From Spirochaetia bacterium (lineage in GTDB: Bacteria; Spirochaetota; Spirochaetia; UBA9216): a stretch of 64,000 nucleotides of DNA. This document shows, one piece after another, positions 48,865 through 59,178 of the stretch; positions within the stretch are counted from its first letter, which is position 1; each line of letters starts with the position of its first letter. The stretch covers positions 1,504,001 to 1,568,000 of the forward strand of contig OY776510.1 of the NCBI GenBank assembly GCA_963675665.1, in the 5' to 3' direction. The notes beneath the pieces were generated by a model that was not told the origin of the DNA, made no database searches, and saw nothing but the letters and a program-made list of their open reading frames with translations. The position numbers and the translations under genes are program-made.

Positions 48865-49889
48865 CTACCATAATGGATGTTGAGACCAGGAGCGGTGTTT
48901 CCCGTTCAACCATATCCCGATATCTGAACGGCAAGCCGGTGACAAGTCAAAATCGGCAAAAGATAGAACAGGCTATAAAAGAACTTTCATACCGGCGCAA
49001 TCCCATGGCGAGTGGTCTTAAGACAAGCAAGACATATACTGTAGGTGTAGTATTGCCGGAGATCACCGACCCTTATTTTCCAAGACTTGTAAAATATTTT
49101 CAAAATTATATGCATGAAAACGGGTATCAGACTATTTTTAACAGTTACGGCAACGATCCTGAACTTGAAATTGAACATGTAAAAACCCTGGCAAACAAGC
49201 GTGTGGACGGGCTTGTTGTGGCTACCATAAACAGGAAAGGAAATCATATCAGGGAGTGCCTGGATGCCGGATTGCCGGTGGTACTGTTTGACAGGCTTAT
49301 AGAAGGGTTGGATTGCGACAGTGTAACGGTAGATAACTACCAGGCAGTATACGACGCGATTTCCCTGTGTATACGAAAGGGCCACCGGAAAATCGGTTTT
49401 GTAGGTGGTTCGGAATACTACACAGATATAACAAGGTTTCGGGGGCTTTGTGATGCGTTGGGAAATGCAGGGATAAGTCTCCGGGAAGAATATATCAACT
49501 TCGCAAATATTTTGGAGCATGATGCTACCCGTCAGTTTATGCGACTGATGACTCTCACAGACCCGCCGACGCTGATTTTTTGCTCAAATATCTATCATGC
49601 ATTGGGAGCCTTTGAAGCGATGCTGCAGTACGATCTTGTGATTCCCCGGGATGTATCCGTTATTACTTTCGACAGACTTTCGGCCTCTCCTTATTACGGT
49701 TTTATACAGTGCATACATCCCGAATTTGCGAGTATTTGTCAGCCGCACAAAGAGCTCAGTTTGCAAACGGCAAAGACGCTGTTGAAAAGAATCCAATTCG
49801 GTATGGATAATTTCGAACCCATGCGACTCGAACTGAAGACAAGTTTTTATATGACCGAATCTGTTGCAGATATCAAGGAAGATTCATGA
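48861..49889 (+). CDS. LacI-family transcriptional regulator
   Basis: TIMDV..SGVSRSTISRYLN HTH, YRRNPMASGL hinge, IPRDVSVITFD. Confidence 0.95.
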   Translation: MTTIMDVETRSGVSRSTISRYLNGKPVTSQNRQKIEQAIKELSYRRNPMASGLKTSKTYTVGVVLPEITDPYFPRLVKYFQNYMHENGYQTIFNSYGNDPELEIEHVKTLANKRVDGLVVATINRKGNHIRECLDAGLPVVLFDRLIEGLDCDSVTVDNYQAVYDAISLCIRKGHRKIGFVGGSEYYTDITRFRGLCDALGNAGISLREEYINFANILEHDATRQFMRLMTLTDPPTLIFCSNIYHALGAFEAMLQYDLVIPRDVSVITFDRLSASPYYGFIQCIHPEFASICQPHKELSLQTAKTLLKRIQFGMDNFEPMRLELKTSFYMTESVADIKEDS

Positions 49890-49979
49890 TTTATGTGAGA
49901 AAAACAAAAGGGTAAATGAAAAAGGATTTGACTCTCATAGAGAGATGGTAACTTAAATTGAAAATTTGGAGGATTATTA

Positions 49980-50729
49980 ATGATTAAAATTTTGTATGCA
50001 GGCGATTATGCCTTGATATCGCACACGTACATCAAGGGTATGAATTCATGGACTTCGGGAGAAGCGTTTGATGAGCGGAACTTCCTGCTTGAACCGATGA
50101 AAGCGGACACTGAACTTGAGATCAATTATCTACCGACACCTTATATTTCGAAAGATTTTCCCTGCACAAAGGAAGAGCTTGGCAAATACGATGTTGTTAT
50201 GATCAGCGATGTCGGTACGGATACGTTGCTGCTTTACCCGGATATATTCAAGATACCGATGGGTGAGAACAGGTTAAAGCTTATTTCTGAATATGTGAAA
50301 GAAGGCGGCGGTTTTATGGCGGTCGGCGGATGGATGTCGTTCGGCGGGAAAATGGGTCAGGGCAAGTTTCACGGAACACTGTTGGAAGACGTGTTAAATA
50401 TCAACTGCAGTCCCTACGATGACCGCGTGGAAGTGCCTGAAGGATTAAAGTACAACCCAGTCAAAGCTGAGCACCCTCTGATCGAAGGTATGGATTGGGA
50501 TAAATCTCCGTTACTGTTTCTCGGGTATAACCAATTTGAAGCTAGAGACAAGGACGGTGTTATTGCAGAATGGAACGGCGACCCGATGATGGTTGTTAAT
50601 AAATACGGAAAAGGCAGAACTCTGGCATTTGCATCAGATCTTGCACCTCATTGGGGCCAGGGATTTGTCGAATGGGATAATTATACAAGGTTCTGGAGCA
50701 AGTGCTTCAGATGGCTTGCAAACAGGTGA
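49980..50729 (+). CDS. Glutamine-amidotransferase-like protein (GATase1_like/DUF1355) 1
   Basis: YDVVMISDVG, GGGFMAVGGWMSF, DDRVEVPEG, GYN, GKGR..FASD..PHW. Confidence 0.88.
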   Translation: MIKILYAGDYALISHTYIKGMNSWTSGEAFDERNFLLEPMKADTELEINYLPTPYISKDFPCTKEELGKYDVVMISDVGTDTLLLYPDIFKIPMGENRLKLISEYVKEGGGFMAVGGWMSFGGKMGQGKFHGTLLEDVLNINCSPYDDRVEVPEGLKYNPVKAEHPLIEGMDWDKSPLLFLGYNQFEARDKDGVIAEWNGDPMMVVNKYGKGRTLAFASDLAPHWGQGFVEWDNYTRFWSKCFRWLANR

Positions 50730-50763
50730 AAGAGATAAAATATGGTTTTTGGAGGTTCTTTAG

Positions 50764-51954
50764 ATGAAGCTTGAAAGAGTGAAAGAATTATATGATATAT
50801 ATCGGCGGGATCTATTTGAAGATGTATTGCCGTTCTGGACAAAGTATTCTATCGACCATGAGTACGGAGGATACCATCATTACCTTGATTGCGACGGAAA
50901 GCTGATCAGTGCGGAAAAATCAGGAATACTGAACAGCAGGCAATTGTGGACATATTCATATCTGTATAACAATTTTGGAAACAAGCAGGAATGGCTCGAT
51001 ATCGCGAAAGCCGGCTACGACTTTTTTATAAAGCATTTCATAGATTATGACGGAAGGATTTTCTTTCAGGTAACACGCGACGGCAGGCCTCTTCGAAAAA
51101 GAAGATACTGGATTGCAGAAACCTTCGCCATTTCCGCGCTGGCGGAATATTCCAAAGCTGCAGGCAGCGCAGAGGCACTACAGAAAGCGCGGGACACATT
51201 CAATCTGGTACTGTATCTGATAGAGCATCCTGACCAATTGGAGCCCAAGTTTAATCCGCAGACGCGTCCCATGATTGGCCATGTAGGCCCAATGCTGTTA
51301 ATCAATTCCGCCCAGACTATGAGGGATATCGATCCGGAAAATGCCGGTTTGTACAACGATACTATTGATCGCATGCACAATCTGATTATGGAACATCTGG
51401 TCAAGCCGGCGTATAAAGCTGTGTTTGAAGTTGTCGGGGGCAACGGAGAGGTTATGGATGACACGCCGTTGGGAAGATGTATCTCGCCGGGACACGGTAT
51501 TGTGAATGCCTGGATTGTGCTGCTTGAAGGACAATATAGAAAAGATCAAAAAATGATTCGGACCGGGCTTGATATGCTGGACTGGTCTTTGGAGATCGGT
51601 TGGGATAAGGAGTTTGGAGGCTTACTCTATTTTGTTGATCTGAAAGGGCTTCCAACTGATCAATCGAACTACCAGATGAAATATTGGTGGCCTCACAACG
51701 AAGCCATGTATGCACTTCTGCTTGCTGATGATCTTACGAATGATGGTAAATATGAAAAATGGTACGGGAAAGTTCATGAGTGGTCATATAAGCATTTTAA
51801 AGATAATGAAAACGGCGAATGGTTCGGTTATCTGAACAGAGACGGCAGCATAAATCTTCCGGTTAAAGGCGGCGACTGGAAAGGTTCGTTCCATACGACA
51901 CGTATGTATATGTACGGGTTGCAGTTGTTGGAGAAGATGAAAGCTGCCGGTTAA
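50764..51954 (+). CDS. AGE-family epimerase/isomerase 2 (divergent active site)
   Basis: SPGHGIVNAW, MKYWWPHNE, GEWFGYLNRDG, WKGSFHTTR. Confidence 0.92.
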   Translation: MKLERVKELYDIYRRDLFEDVLPFWTKYSIDHEYGGYHHYLDCDGKLISAEKSGILNSRQLWTYSYLYNNFGNKQEWLDIAKAGYDFFIKHFIDYDGRIFFQVTRDGRPLRKRRYWIAETFAISALAEYSKAAGSAEALQKARDTFNLVLYLIEHPDQLEPKFNPQTRPMIGHVGPMLLINSAQTMRDIDPENAGLYNDTIDRMHNLIMEHLVKPAYKAVFEVVGGNGEVMDDTPLGRCISPGHGIVNAWIVLLEGQYRKDQKMIRTGLDMLDWSLEIGWDKEFGGLLYFVDLKGLPTDQSNYQMKYWWPHNEAMYALLLADDLTNDGKYEKWYGKVHEWSYKHFKDNENGEWFGYLNRDGSINLPVKGGDWKGSFHTTRMYMYGLQLLEKMKAAG

Positions 51955-52028
51955 TAAACAGGTTCATGGGTGATCGGGTAATTACCCGGTCTGATTTTTA
52001 TAGAGATCAAATATATAGGGAGTAAATA

Positions 52029-52775
52029 ATGAAAGTATTATTAGTTGGAGAATCATGGTCTGGAGCAGATCAGCATACCAAGGGTTTTGATGTCGTAACT
52101 CTGGGATCTTTCAAATTCAACTGGGGCAAGCCTTATATTGATGCTGTAAGAGCGAGCGGAATTGAGTTGGAACATATGTACTGTCATATCGCGCAAAGCG
52201 ATTTTCCGATCGAACTGAAAGAGCTTCAGAAATATGATGTGGTTATTTTCAGCGATGTAGGAAGTAACACTCTTCTGCTTGATCCGGTAATGCAGTGGGA
52301 AGGTGTGCCGCGACCGAACCGCCTGAAACTGCTTGTTGAATATATCCGGCAAGGGGGAGGATTTATCATGTTCGGTGGTTGGGTCAGTTTTGCGGGATTC
52401 GAGAATAAAGCAAGGTATGCCATGACGCCGTTGGCGGAAGCGCTTCCTGTTGAGATCCTGAATTATGATGATCGGATCGAAGAGCCGGCAGGTGTTGTAC
52501 CGGAAATGGTGATAAAGGAACATCCTGTTCTGAATGGTGTCGAAGAGAAATGGCCGAGCTATCTTGGCTACAATAAATTGAAGACAAAGGCCGATGCACA
52601 GGAAATTGCTACGATCGGCGGAAGCTCCTTTATGGCCGGAATGGAATTTGGAAAAGGCCGTTCTTTTACGTTCGCAACTGACTGTGTTGGGCACTGGGGC
52701 TACGAAATGACTCAATGGAACAGCTACTCAAAGCTTATGTCCAATATGATTCGGTGGGTTGCTGGAGAAGTGTAG
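52029..52775 (+). CDS. GATase1_like/DUF1355 protein 2
   Basis: MKVLLVGESW..KGFD, FSDVGSNTLL, GGWVSF, DDRIEEP, GYN, HW. Confidence 0.9.
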   Translation: MKVLLVGESWSGADQHTKGFDVVTLGSFKFNWGKPYIDAVRASGIELEHMYCHIAQSDFPIELKELQKYDVVIFSDVGSNTLLLDPVMQWEGVPRPNRLKLLVEYIRQGGGFIMFGGWVSFAGFENKARYAMTPLAEALPVEILNYDDRIEEPAGVVPEMVIKEHPVLNGVEEKWPSYLGYNKLKTKADAQEIATIGGSSFMAGMEFGKGRSFTFATDCVGHWGYEMTQWNSYSKLMSNMIRWVAGEV

Positions 52776-52928
52776 TTAAATTATAAGCAATAAGCTGTTG
52801 TTTGCGGCAATGCCGATAAATATTTCCGAGTAGAAGGAGCTGAATTATAAAAAGAAGGAGGGAAATGAACTTTAGAGTTATAAGAAAATATATTTAAAAA
52901 AGAGGCTATAAAATCAGGAGGATAAAAG

Positions 52929-53879
52929 ATGAAGATTGTATTTGTAATTTTTTTAAGTTTAGTTGTTGCGATGGGAGCCGTGGCCTCCGGGAATTCAGAG
53001 GAAGCTGCTGATGATGGAATGATGAAGCTGGGTGCAATTGTGCAGAATTCGGCAAATGAGTCTCAAGCTTATTGGCAGAAACTTTTCACAAAGCATGCAG
53101 CAGATTACGGGTTTAAATGCACTCAGTATGACGGTAAAGGTGATGCGACGGTTCAGAGTGCGGCAGTAAGAGACTGTATCGCTCAGGAGATGGACGCGAT
53201 TCTGATCTGCACCTGTGATCAGGCGGCGGTTACACCCGCACTCACAGAAGCCGTATCTGCCGGCGTTGTGGTAGGCCTGCTGAATGCCACTATCACACCG
53301 ATGGGTAAAGAGAACTACACCTTCTATGTAGGTGTCGATGACGTTCTTGCCGGTCAGGCTGCCGGAAAGGCATTTATTGAACACTTTCCGAATGGAGCAA
53401 AAATTGTAGAAATCGGCGGAGGTGCTGGTTCGTCTCCGGCACTCAATCGGCATGATGGTTTTGCCCAGGGAATTGCAGGAAGCAATATCGAGGTTATCGA
53501 GTATCAGGCATGCTCTGATTGGATCGCGAACGAAGCGATGGGTATTATGGAAAACATGATTGTTAAATACGGAGATCAGATAGAGGGTGTATTCTGCCAT
53601 TGGGATAACGGTGCCACAACAATTATTCAGGCGCTGCAGGCTGCCAACATGAATGATGTTTATATCATCGGAGTCGACGGGTGCCGTGCCGGATTTGACC
53701 AGGTTAGAGACGGTACGCAGGCTGTTACGATCATGCAGAATTTCGACAAGATGATTCCGCAGGCAATTGAAGACGCGATGAAAGCTGTCAAGGGTGAGTC
53801 GTTTCCGAATCCCGATCTTGTTGAATGGGATGTTGTAACAATCGACAACATCGACGATTTCCTTTATCCGCAGTGGTAA
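52929..53879 (+). CDS. Sugar ABC transporter substrate-binding protein (RbsB-like)
   Basis: Spirochaete-type signal (VASGNSE), RHDGF, GVFCHWD, IIGVDG, TIMQ. Confidence 0.93.
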   Translation: MKIVFVIFLSLVVAMGAVASGNSEEAADDGMMKLGAIVQNSANESQAYWQKLFTKHAADYGFKCTQYDGKGDATVQSAAVRDCIAQEMDAILICTCDQAAVTPALTEAVSAGVVVGLLNATITPMGKENYTFYVGVDDVLAGQAAGKAFIEHFPNGAKIVEIGGGAGSSPALNRHDGFAQGIAGSNIEVIEYQACSDWIANEAMGIMENMIVKYGDQIEGVFCHWDNGATTIIQALQAANMNDVYIIGVDGCRAGFDQVRDGTQAVTIMQNFDKMIPQAIEDAMKAVKGESFPNPDLVEWDVVTIDNIDDFLYPQW

Positions 53880-53956
53880 GGAGCAGTTGAATTTGGGCCC
53901 GTTTCGTTTTCCTGATGGAGCGGGCCACCGTAATCTTTGTAGAGAGGATTCATTTT

Positions 53957-54093
53957 ATGAAACAAAATGCATCGATATTATTCTTTCTGTTAAAGATGTC
54001 AATAAAAAGTTTTCAGGTGTATTGGCGCTGAACAATGTTTTCATGGAAACCAGTATGACATTGGTTATTTTATCAATACCAGGCCGGAACTGA
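53957..54093 (+). pseudogene. Deleted, frameshifted relic of a second sugar-ABC ATPase gene
   Basis: MKQN..DIILSVKDVNKKFSGVLALNNV vs intact MKENEPDIILSINDVYKSFPGVVALNKV; similar GAGAGGA-TCATT leader; second block TATCAATACCAGGCCGG matches about 55589-55605. Confidence 0.8.
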
Positions 54094-54150
54094 ATGAGAT
54101 GTTTTATAAGTATGATTGAACTTATATAGAGATAAAAGGAGGTTAGCACT

Positions 54151-54705
54151 GTGAAAACGGTTGATATTAAACTGGAAAGATTATCGGATGTGACTCCGGA
54201 AGAGTTTTTACCTTATGGGTATATAGTAGGACGTAAGGAAACAAGTCGACTTACAATGGAAAATACCAGGTCAAATTTAACGGTATATTGGGAACTTCTG
54301 CCCTTCTTAAAAGAAGAATCAGGTGTATTATCGGTAGCACTGCTTACATTCAAACCAAAGGATTCAGACAAGCTGACCGATTGGATGGAGTGCCATAAAG
54401 GAACTGCCGAGTTTTTTATTCCGATGGGCGGCAAGGAAATTGTATATGTAGGCGCTCCTGCAGGAGAAAAACCTGATGTTGAAAAAGCAAGGGCGTTTAT
54501 TGTAGGTCCCGATGAAGGCATTGTTATACCGAAGGGTGTCTGGCATTGCGCTCCGTATGCTCTTAACGGCCCCGCTCAGTGTTTGATGCCGAGATATGGA
54601 GATCTGGTTGAAACTGCCGGAGGTTTTCTGGATTCCAGAAACACTGTATGTTACGGTTCCAAGGCAAATGACGGAACTGAAATGAGTATAAGGCTTATAT
54701 TTTAA
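54151..54705 (+). CDS. Ureidoglycolate-lyase (AllA)-like cupin
   Basis: TPEEFLPYG, MECHKGTAEFFIP, RAF, KGVWHCAP; AAGGAGG SD. Confidence 0.82.
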   Translation: MKTVDIKLERLSDVTPEEFLPYGYIVGRKETSRLTMENTRSNLTVYWELLPFLKEESGVLSVALLTFKPKDSDKLTDWMECHKGTAEFFIPMGGKEIVYVGAPAGEKPDVEKARAFIVGPDEGIVIPKGVWHCAPYALNGPAQCLMPRYGDLVETAGGFLDSRNTVCYGSKANDGTEMSIRLIF

Positions 54706-54728
54706 AAGCTTTAAACGAAATCTAAAGA

Positions 54729-54857
54729 GCGTGCTTGATTAAAAGAAGCAATGGATATCATGGAAAACATGATTGTGAAAAACGGAAATGAAATAGAAGT
54801 TCAGTCTCTATTGTCACAACAGACAATATCTACAATTTCATTTATCCGGAGTGGTAA
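54729..54857 (+). pseudogene. Internally deleted relic of a second sugar-binding-protein gene
   Basis: EAMDIMENMIVKNGNEIE vs EAMGIMENMIVKYGDQIE, and IVTTDNIYNFIYPEW* vs VVTIDNIDDFLYPQW* of 52929-53879. Confidence 0.82.
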
Positions 54858-54929
54858 AAAAATAAAAAGCGAAGGTGTATGTTTTTTAACTGAATGTGCC
54901 TGCGCATATTATGGAGAGGAGTCATTCAA

Positions 54930-56411
54930 ATGAAAGAAAATGAGCCAGATATCATTCTTTCCATTAATGATGTTTATAAATCGTTTCCCGGCGTGGTGGC
55001 GCTGAACAAGGTTTCCATTGATGTCAAATGTGGCAGTGTGCACGGCATTGTGGGTGAAAACGGCGCGGGTAAGTCAACACTTATGAAGATCTTGTCCGGT
55101 GTCTATACTAAAGATTCGGGAACGATTGTTTTTGACGGGAAAACCATCAACCATATAACGCCCATTCAGTCCTTGCATATGGGACTCAGTATCATTTATC
55201 AGGAGTTCAATCTTGTTAACTCGATGAGTGTAGGTGAAAATATATTCTTGGGCCGTTTTAAAGAGATGAACGGTATGAAAGGAACACATCAAAAGGCGAA
55301 AGAATTGTTAAAAAGTATCGGCAGTTCTATCGACACCAGGAAATTGGTCTCTGAATTGAGTGTTTCTGAAAAGCAGATGGTTGAGATTACAAAGGCATTG
55401 TCGTTTGATTCAAAGCTTATCATCATGGATGAACCGAGCAGCAGCCTGACAGCTGACGAATTGAAGTGCCTCACAGAAATTATTCATCAATTGAAAGAAG
55501 ACGGTATATCTATCATTTATATAAGTCACAAACTGGATGAAATATTTGACCTGTGCGACATCGTAACCGTTATGCGTGACGGGAACGTTATCGATACCAG
55601 GCCGGTATCAGAGATTACACGAAGCGAGATGATATCGAAGATGGTCGGCAGATCCATTGAGCATGAATTTCCCGAACGCCCTCATTGTATGGGTGAAACG
55701 ATCATGGAAGTCCGTTCAATAAATACCCGCAGGTTGGATAATGTATCTTTTGAGCTGAAAAAAGGTGAAATTCTCGGGCTTGTGGGATTGGTTGGCGCCG
55801 GCAGGACGGAGATTGTCAGAGCTGTTTACGGTGCCGACAAAGCCAGAGGGCACCAGGTTTTGATTGAAGGTAAACCCGTCAGGATCAAAAAACCTGCGGA
55901 AGCAAAAAAAGCCGGTATGGGATTGGTACCGGAAGACAGGAAACTGCAGGGCCTTATTTTGGATTTCCAGGTTCAAACAAACATCACTCTGGCCAGTCTC
56001 GGGAAGCTGACTAAATTCGGGTTTCTCAACTTTTCCAAAGAGAAGGAGATTGCAGGCCGACAAGTGAAGAATCTTGCAATCAAGACGCCTTCTGTTACGA
56101 CTCAGGTAATTAGCCTGTCGGGAGGAAACCAGCAGAAATGTATTGTTGGTCGCTGGCTGGAAATCAGTCCGAGTATTCTGATATTAGACGAACCGACGAG
56201 GGGTATAGATGTTGGAGCCAAATACGAGATTTATATGCTGATGAAAAAGATTGTCGAAAATGGGGGTTCCATCATTTTAATTTCCTCGGAATTACCTGAA
56301 GTGCTCAACATGAGCAATAGGGTTTTAACCATATGTGACGGGAAGATTACGGGAGAATTCAATCCCGAGATAACATCGGCGCACGATATTATGGAAAAAG
56401 CGATCGGTTAG
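54930..56411 (+). CDS. Sugar ABC transporter ATP-binding protein (RbsA/MglA type)
   Basis: GENGAGKST, IMDEP, YISHKL, LSGGNQQK, DEPTRGIDVGAK. Confidence 0.96.
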   Translation: MKENEPDIILSINDVYKSFPGVVALNKVSIDVKCGSVHGIVGENGAGKSTLMKILSGVYTKDSGTIVFDGKTINHITPIQSLHMGLSIIYQEFNLVNSMSVGENIFLGRFKEMNGMKGTHQKAKELLKSIGSSIDTRKLVSELSVSEKQMVEITKALSFDSKLIIMDEPSSSLTADELKCLTEIIHQLKEDGISIIYISHKLDEIFDLCDIVTVMRDGNVIDTRPVSEITRSEMISKMVGRSIEHEFPERPHCMGETIMEVRSINTRRLDNVSFELKKGEILGLVGLVGAGRTEIVRAVYGADKARGHQVLIEGKPVRIKKPAEAKKAGMGLVPEDRKLQGLILDFQVQTNITLASLGKLTKFGFLNFSKEKEIAGRQVKNLAIKTPSVTTQVISLSGGNQQKCIVGRWLEISPSILILDEPTRGIDVGAKYEIYMLMKKIVENGGSIILISSELPEVLNMSNRVLTICDGKITGEFNPEITSAHDIMEKAIG

Positions 56412-56428
56412 TACGGAGATGTGAAAAT

Positions 56429-57403
56429 ATGAATATTGGAATAAAACTTAAAAAAATATTGCTTGAATACCTGGTGCTGGTCTTTATTGTACTTCTCGTA
56501 ATAGTTACTGTCATTGTGGAACCGAAATTTATGACGGGCCCGAACCTCAGCAATATAATGCGTCAGTTCGGACCATTGAGTTTCGTTGCTCTCGGTATGA
56601 CTTTTGTAATTATCGGCGGTTATATAGATCTGTCGGTGACAGGGATCATTTCTCTTGTAACTGTCATAACAGTATCGCTTATCGATCCGATAGGCCAGAT
56701 TCCGGCATTGATTGTAGGGCTTGTGATAGGAGCGGGAGCAGGATTAATAAATGGTCTTTTATTGATAGCAGGGGGAGCTAATACGCAGGCTAAAGCACTG
56801 TTCATCACTTATGGTATGAGTTCGCTTTATGGAGCGCTTGCATTGATGTATACAGGGGGAGCAACCGCTCATATGAGCTGGCTTGAAACTTCTCAAACGG
56901 TGTTTACGGCTATCGGATCGGGGAACGTGGGATTTCTTTCCGTATCGTTCATCGTGTTCCTGGCATGTCTTTTTGTGCTTTATGTCTTTTTAAACAATAC
57001 GCATGAAGGCAGGGCGATACATGTTCTGGGTGGAAACAAGGTTGCAGGAGAGCTGTCCGGAGTTCCGGTGAAACGCAGCCTTGTATTGATATATATGTTA
57101 TGCGGTTTTATGTCGGCAGTCGGCGCTGTAGTATTGTTTTCAAGAACAACAATGGCTATGCCGGCCTGCGGTAAAGGGTATGAGGTCAATGCAATACTGG
57201 CCGTAGTTGTTGGAGGGACGAGTCTTAAAGGAGGCAACGGCAGTGTCCTGCGTACGGTGCTGGGTGTTCTGTTAGTGACGTTGATGGCCAATTGTCTCGA
57301 CCTGTTGAGGGTATCCACATACTACCAAACAGTATTTAAAGGTTTGATCCTTGTGCTTGCTATCTGGCTTGATAACCGGAATAAACAGCAGGGAGGGGAA
57401 TGA
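56429..57403 (+). CDS. Sugar ABC transporter permease
   Basis: GMTFVIIGGYIDLSV, AVVVGGTSLKGG. Confidence 0.94.
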   Translation: MNIGIKLKKILLEYLVLVFIVLLVIVTVIVEPKFMTGPNLSNIMRQFGPLSFVALGMTFVIIGGYIDLSVTGIISLVTVITVSLIDPIGQIPALIVGLVIGAGAGLINGLLLIAGGANTQAKALFITYGMSSLYGALALMYTGGATAHMSWLETSQTVFTAIGSGNVGFLSVSFIVFLACLFVLYVFLNNTHEGRAIHVLGGNKVAGELSGVPVKRSLVLIYMLCGFMSAVGAVVLFSRTTMAMPACGKGYEVNAILAVVVGGTSLKGGNGSVLRTVLGVLLVTLMANCLDLLRVSTYYQTVFKGLILVLAIWLDNRNKQQGGE

Positions 57404-57404
57404 T

Positions 57405-58373
57405 ATGAACAATATACATATGATTGGCCGGAAAGTTTTAAAAATCTCTACAAAACAAAAAGCAGTGGTAGCGATTTTCTTAATGATGATATTTATGATT
57501 TTCCCGGATACGAAATTCTATTCAACCTATAACCTGATAAATCTGATTCGATCGACGTCAGTGCTTGAAATCATAGCATTTGGTGTTACGTTGACTATAA
57601 TTTGCGGTGGAGTCGACCTGTCTGTAGGCGGAATGGTATCGCTCTCAGGGATTCTTACCATAAAACTTATGAATTATATGCCTATAGTTCCTGCTATTCT
57701 ATGCGCAGTACTGGTTGGGGCTGTCGTGGGTTTTATTAACGGATTTCTTTCCGTGCATCAGAAAACTGAGCCTTTTATTATAACATTGGGTATGGGAATG
57801 CTTCTTAAGGGTATAAGTCTGGTTATGTCGGATGCTCACCCGGTTCCCTGTATGAATCCGATGTTTGTGAAAATATCGAATGGATTCCTGTTTGGTAGTA
57901 TTCCAAATATAGTCGTATATATGTTAGTGCTTCTTGTGGCTACATACTCCCTGTTGAGGTATACAAGGTTTGGAAGGAACTGTTATGCAATAGGAGGCGA
58001 TTATAGTGTGGCCGCATATTCGGGTATCAATGTTATCTGGACTAAATGGGCTACCTTTATTCTAAGCGGAATGTTCGCTGCGCTTGCCGGAGTATTATTA
58101 GCCTCAGAGATGAATACAGGTTCTCCTAATTATGGAGATGCAATTCCTCTTTTGGTTTGTTGCGGTGTTGTAGTAGGCGGTACTTCTTTCTCGGGTGGTG
58201 TGGGAGGAGCATTTCAGAGCTTTTTCGGTTTGCTTGTTATTCAATTACTCACAACCTGTATGAATATGTTAGGAGTCGGGGCTTATCCGCAGCAGGCTTT
58301 TCAGGGAATTGTTATTGTAATGATTATCTGGATGGACTGTTTTGCGGACAAGCGAAAACGAGAGGCTGTGTGA
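57405..58373 (+). CDS. Sugar ABC transporter permease
   Basis: GGVDLSVG, FIITLG, FGRNCYAIGG, VVGGTSFSGG. Confidence 0.94.
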   Translation: MNNIHMIGRKVLKISTKQKAVVAIFLMMIFMIFPDTKFYSTYNLINLIRSTSVLEIIAFGVTLTIICGGVDLSVGGMVSLSGILTIKLMNYMPIVPAILCAVLVGAVVGFINGFLSVHQKTEPFIITLGMGMLLKGISLVMSDAHPVPCMNPMFVKISNGFLFGSIPNIVVYMLVLLVATYSLLRYTRFGRNCYAIGGDYSVAAYSGINVIWTKWATFILSGMFAALAGVLLASEMNTGSPNYGDAIPLLVCCGVVVGGTSFSGGVGGAFQSFFGLLVIQLLTTCMNMLGVGAYPQQAFQGIVIVMIIWMDCFADKRKREAV

Positions 58374-58449
58374 CAGAATTATCTGTTACGGTATATTTCG
58401 GGGAGCTATGAAAATAAATATAGCTTATTAAATATTTGGAGGACTATTA

Positions 58450-59001
58450 ATGAACTTGGAATCAACACTAACAAAATGGACAAAGGAAGAATTACAAAAG
58501 AAGGCGTATGATTTGGCCCATACATATGAACACGAATGTGCTTATTGTCCGCAGGCAACAATTGCAGCTCTTATGGATGTTTTTCAAATAAAAGATGATG
58601 ATCTGTTCAGATCGGCTTATGGATTTCATGGAGGCGCCGGAGACCGTGGTATCGGTACTTGCGGAGCTTTATGCGCCGGTATTTTAATTATCAGTTATTT
58701 ATACGGAAGAAACAAAACAGAATTTAATTTTGGAAAGGCAAATCGAAGGGCGACAGATTTAGCCGGAAAACTTGTTGATGAATTTAAAAAAGAATTTGAA
58801 GGAATTACATGCAACGAAGTGCAGGAGAAAATGTTCGGCCGATCTTTTAATAATTATGACGAAGAAGAAGTCAAGCTTTTTCTTGAAGAGGGCGGACATA
58901 CTGAGAAATGCCCTATAGTTACCGGACGGGGAGCTGCTTTGGCCGCCGGTATTATTTGGGAGGAATTGGAGAAAGAATTATTTGGGTTGGATATTGAATA
59001 A
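58450..59001 (+). CDS. C-GCAxxG-C-C family putative redox protein
   Basis: YCPQA, GFHGG..TCGALCAG, ITC, KC. Confidence 0.88.
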   Translation: MNLESTLTKWTKEELQKKAYDLAHTYEHECAYCPQATIAALMDVFQIKDDDLFRSAYGFHGGAGDRGIGTCGALCAGILIISYLYGRNKTEFNFGKANRRATDLAGKLVDEFKKEFEGITCNEVQEKMFGRSFNNYDEEEVKLFLEEGGHTEKCPIVTGRGAALAAGIIWEELEKELFGLDIE

Positions 59002-59178
59002 AATAAAGAATTAATTTTTAAGCCGAGAGTTTACAGGATGCCTTTTAACTTGAAACTCCCGGCACATAAACTGATTTTTCGGATTTAACAACCGGGTTTT
59101 ATCATCTATTGATTAATTAAAACAGTTGTAAATGCGGAAACTCGCTGCTGGATAGAAATGTAAACAGGAGGCATATTC

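Noticed and set aside
53887-54933. ORF-track calls 53887-54093 and 54751-54933 as real small proteins
   Set aside because: They are chance frames across ABC gene relics
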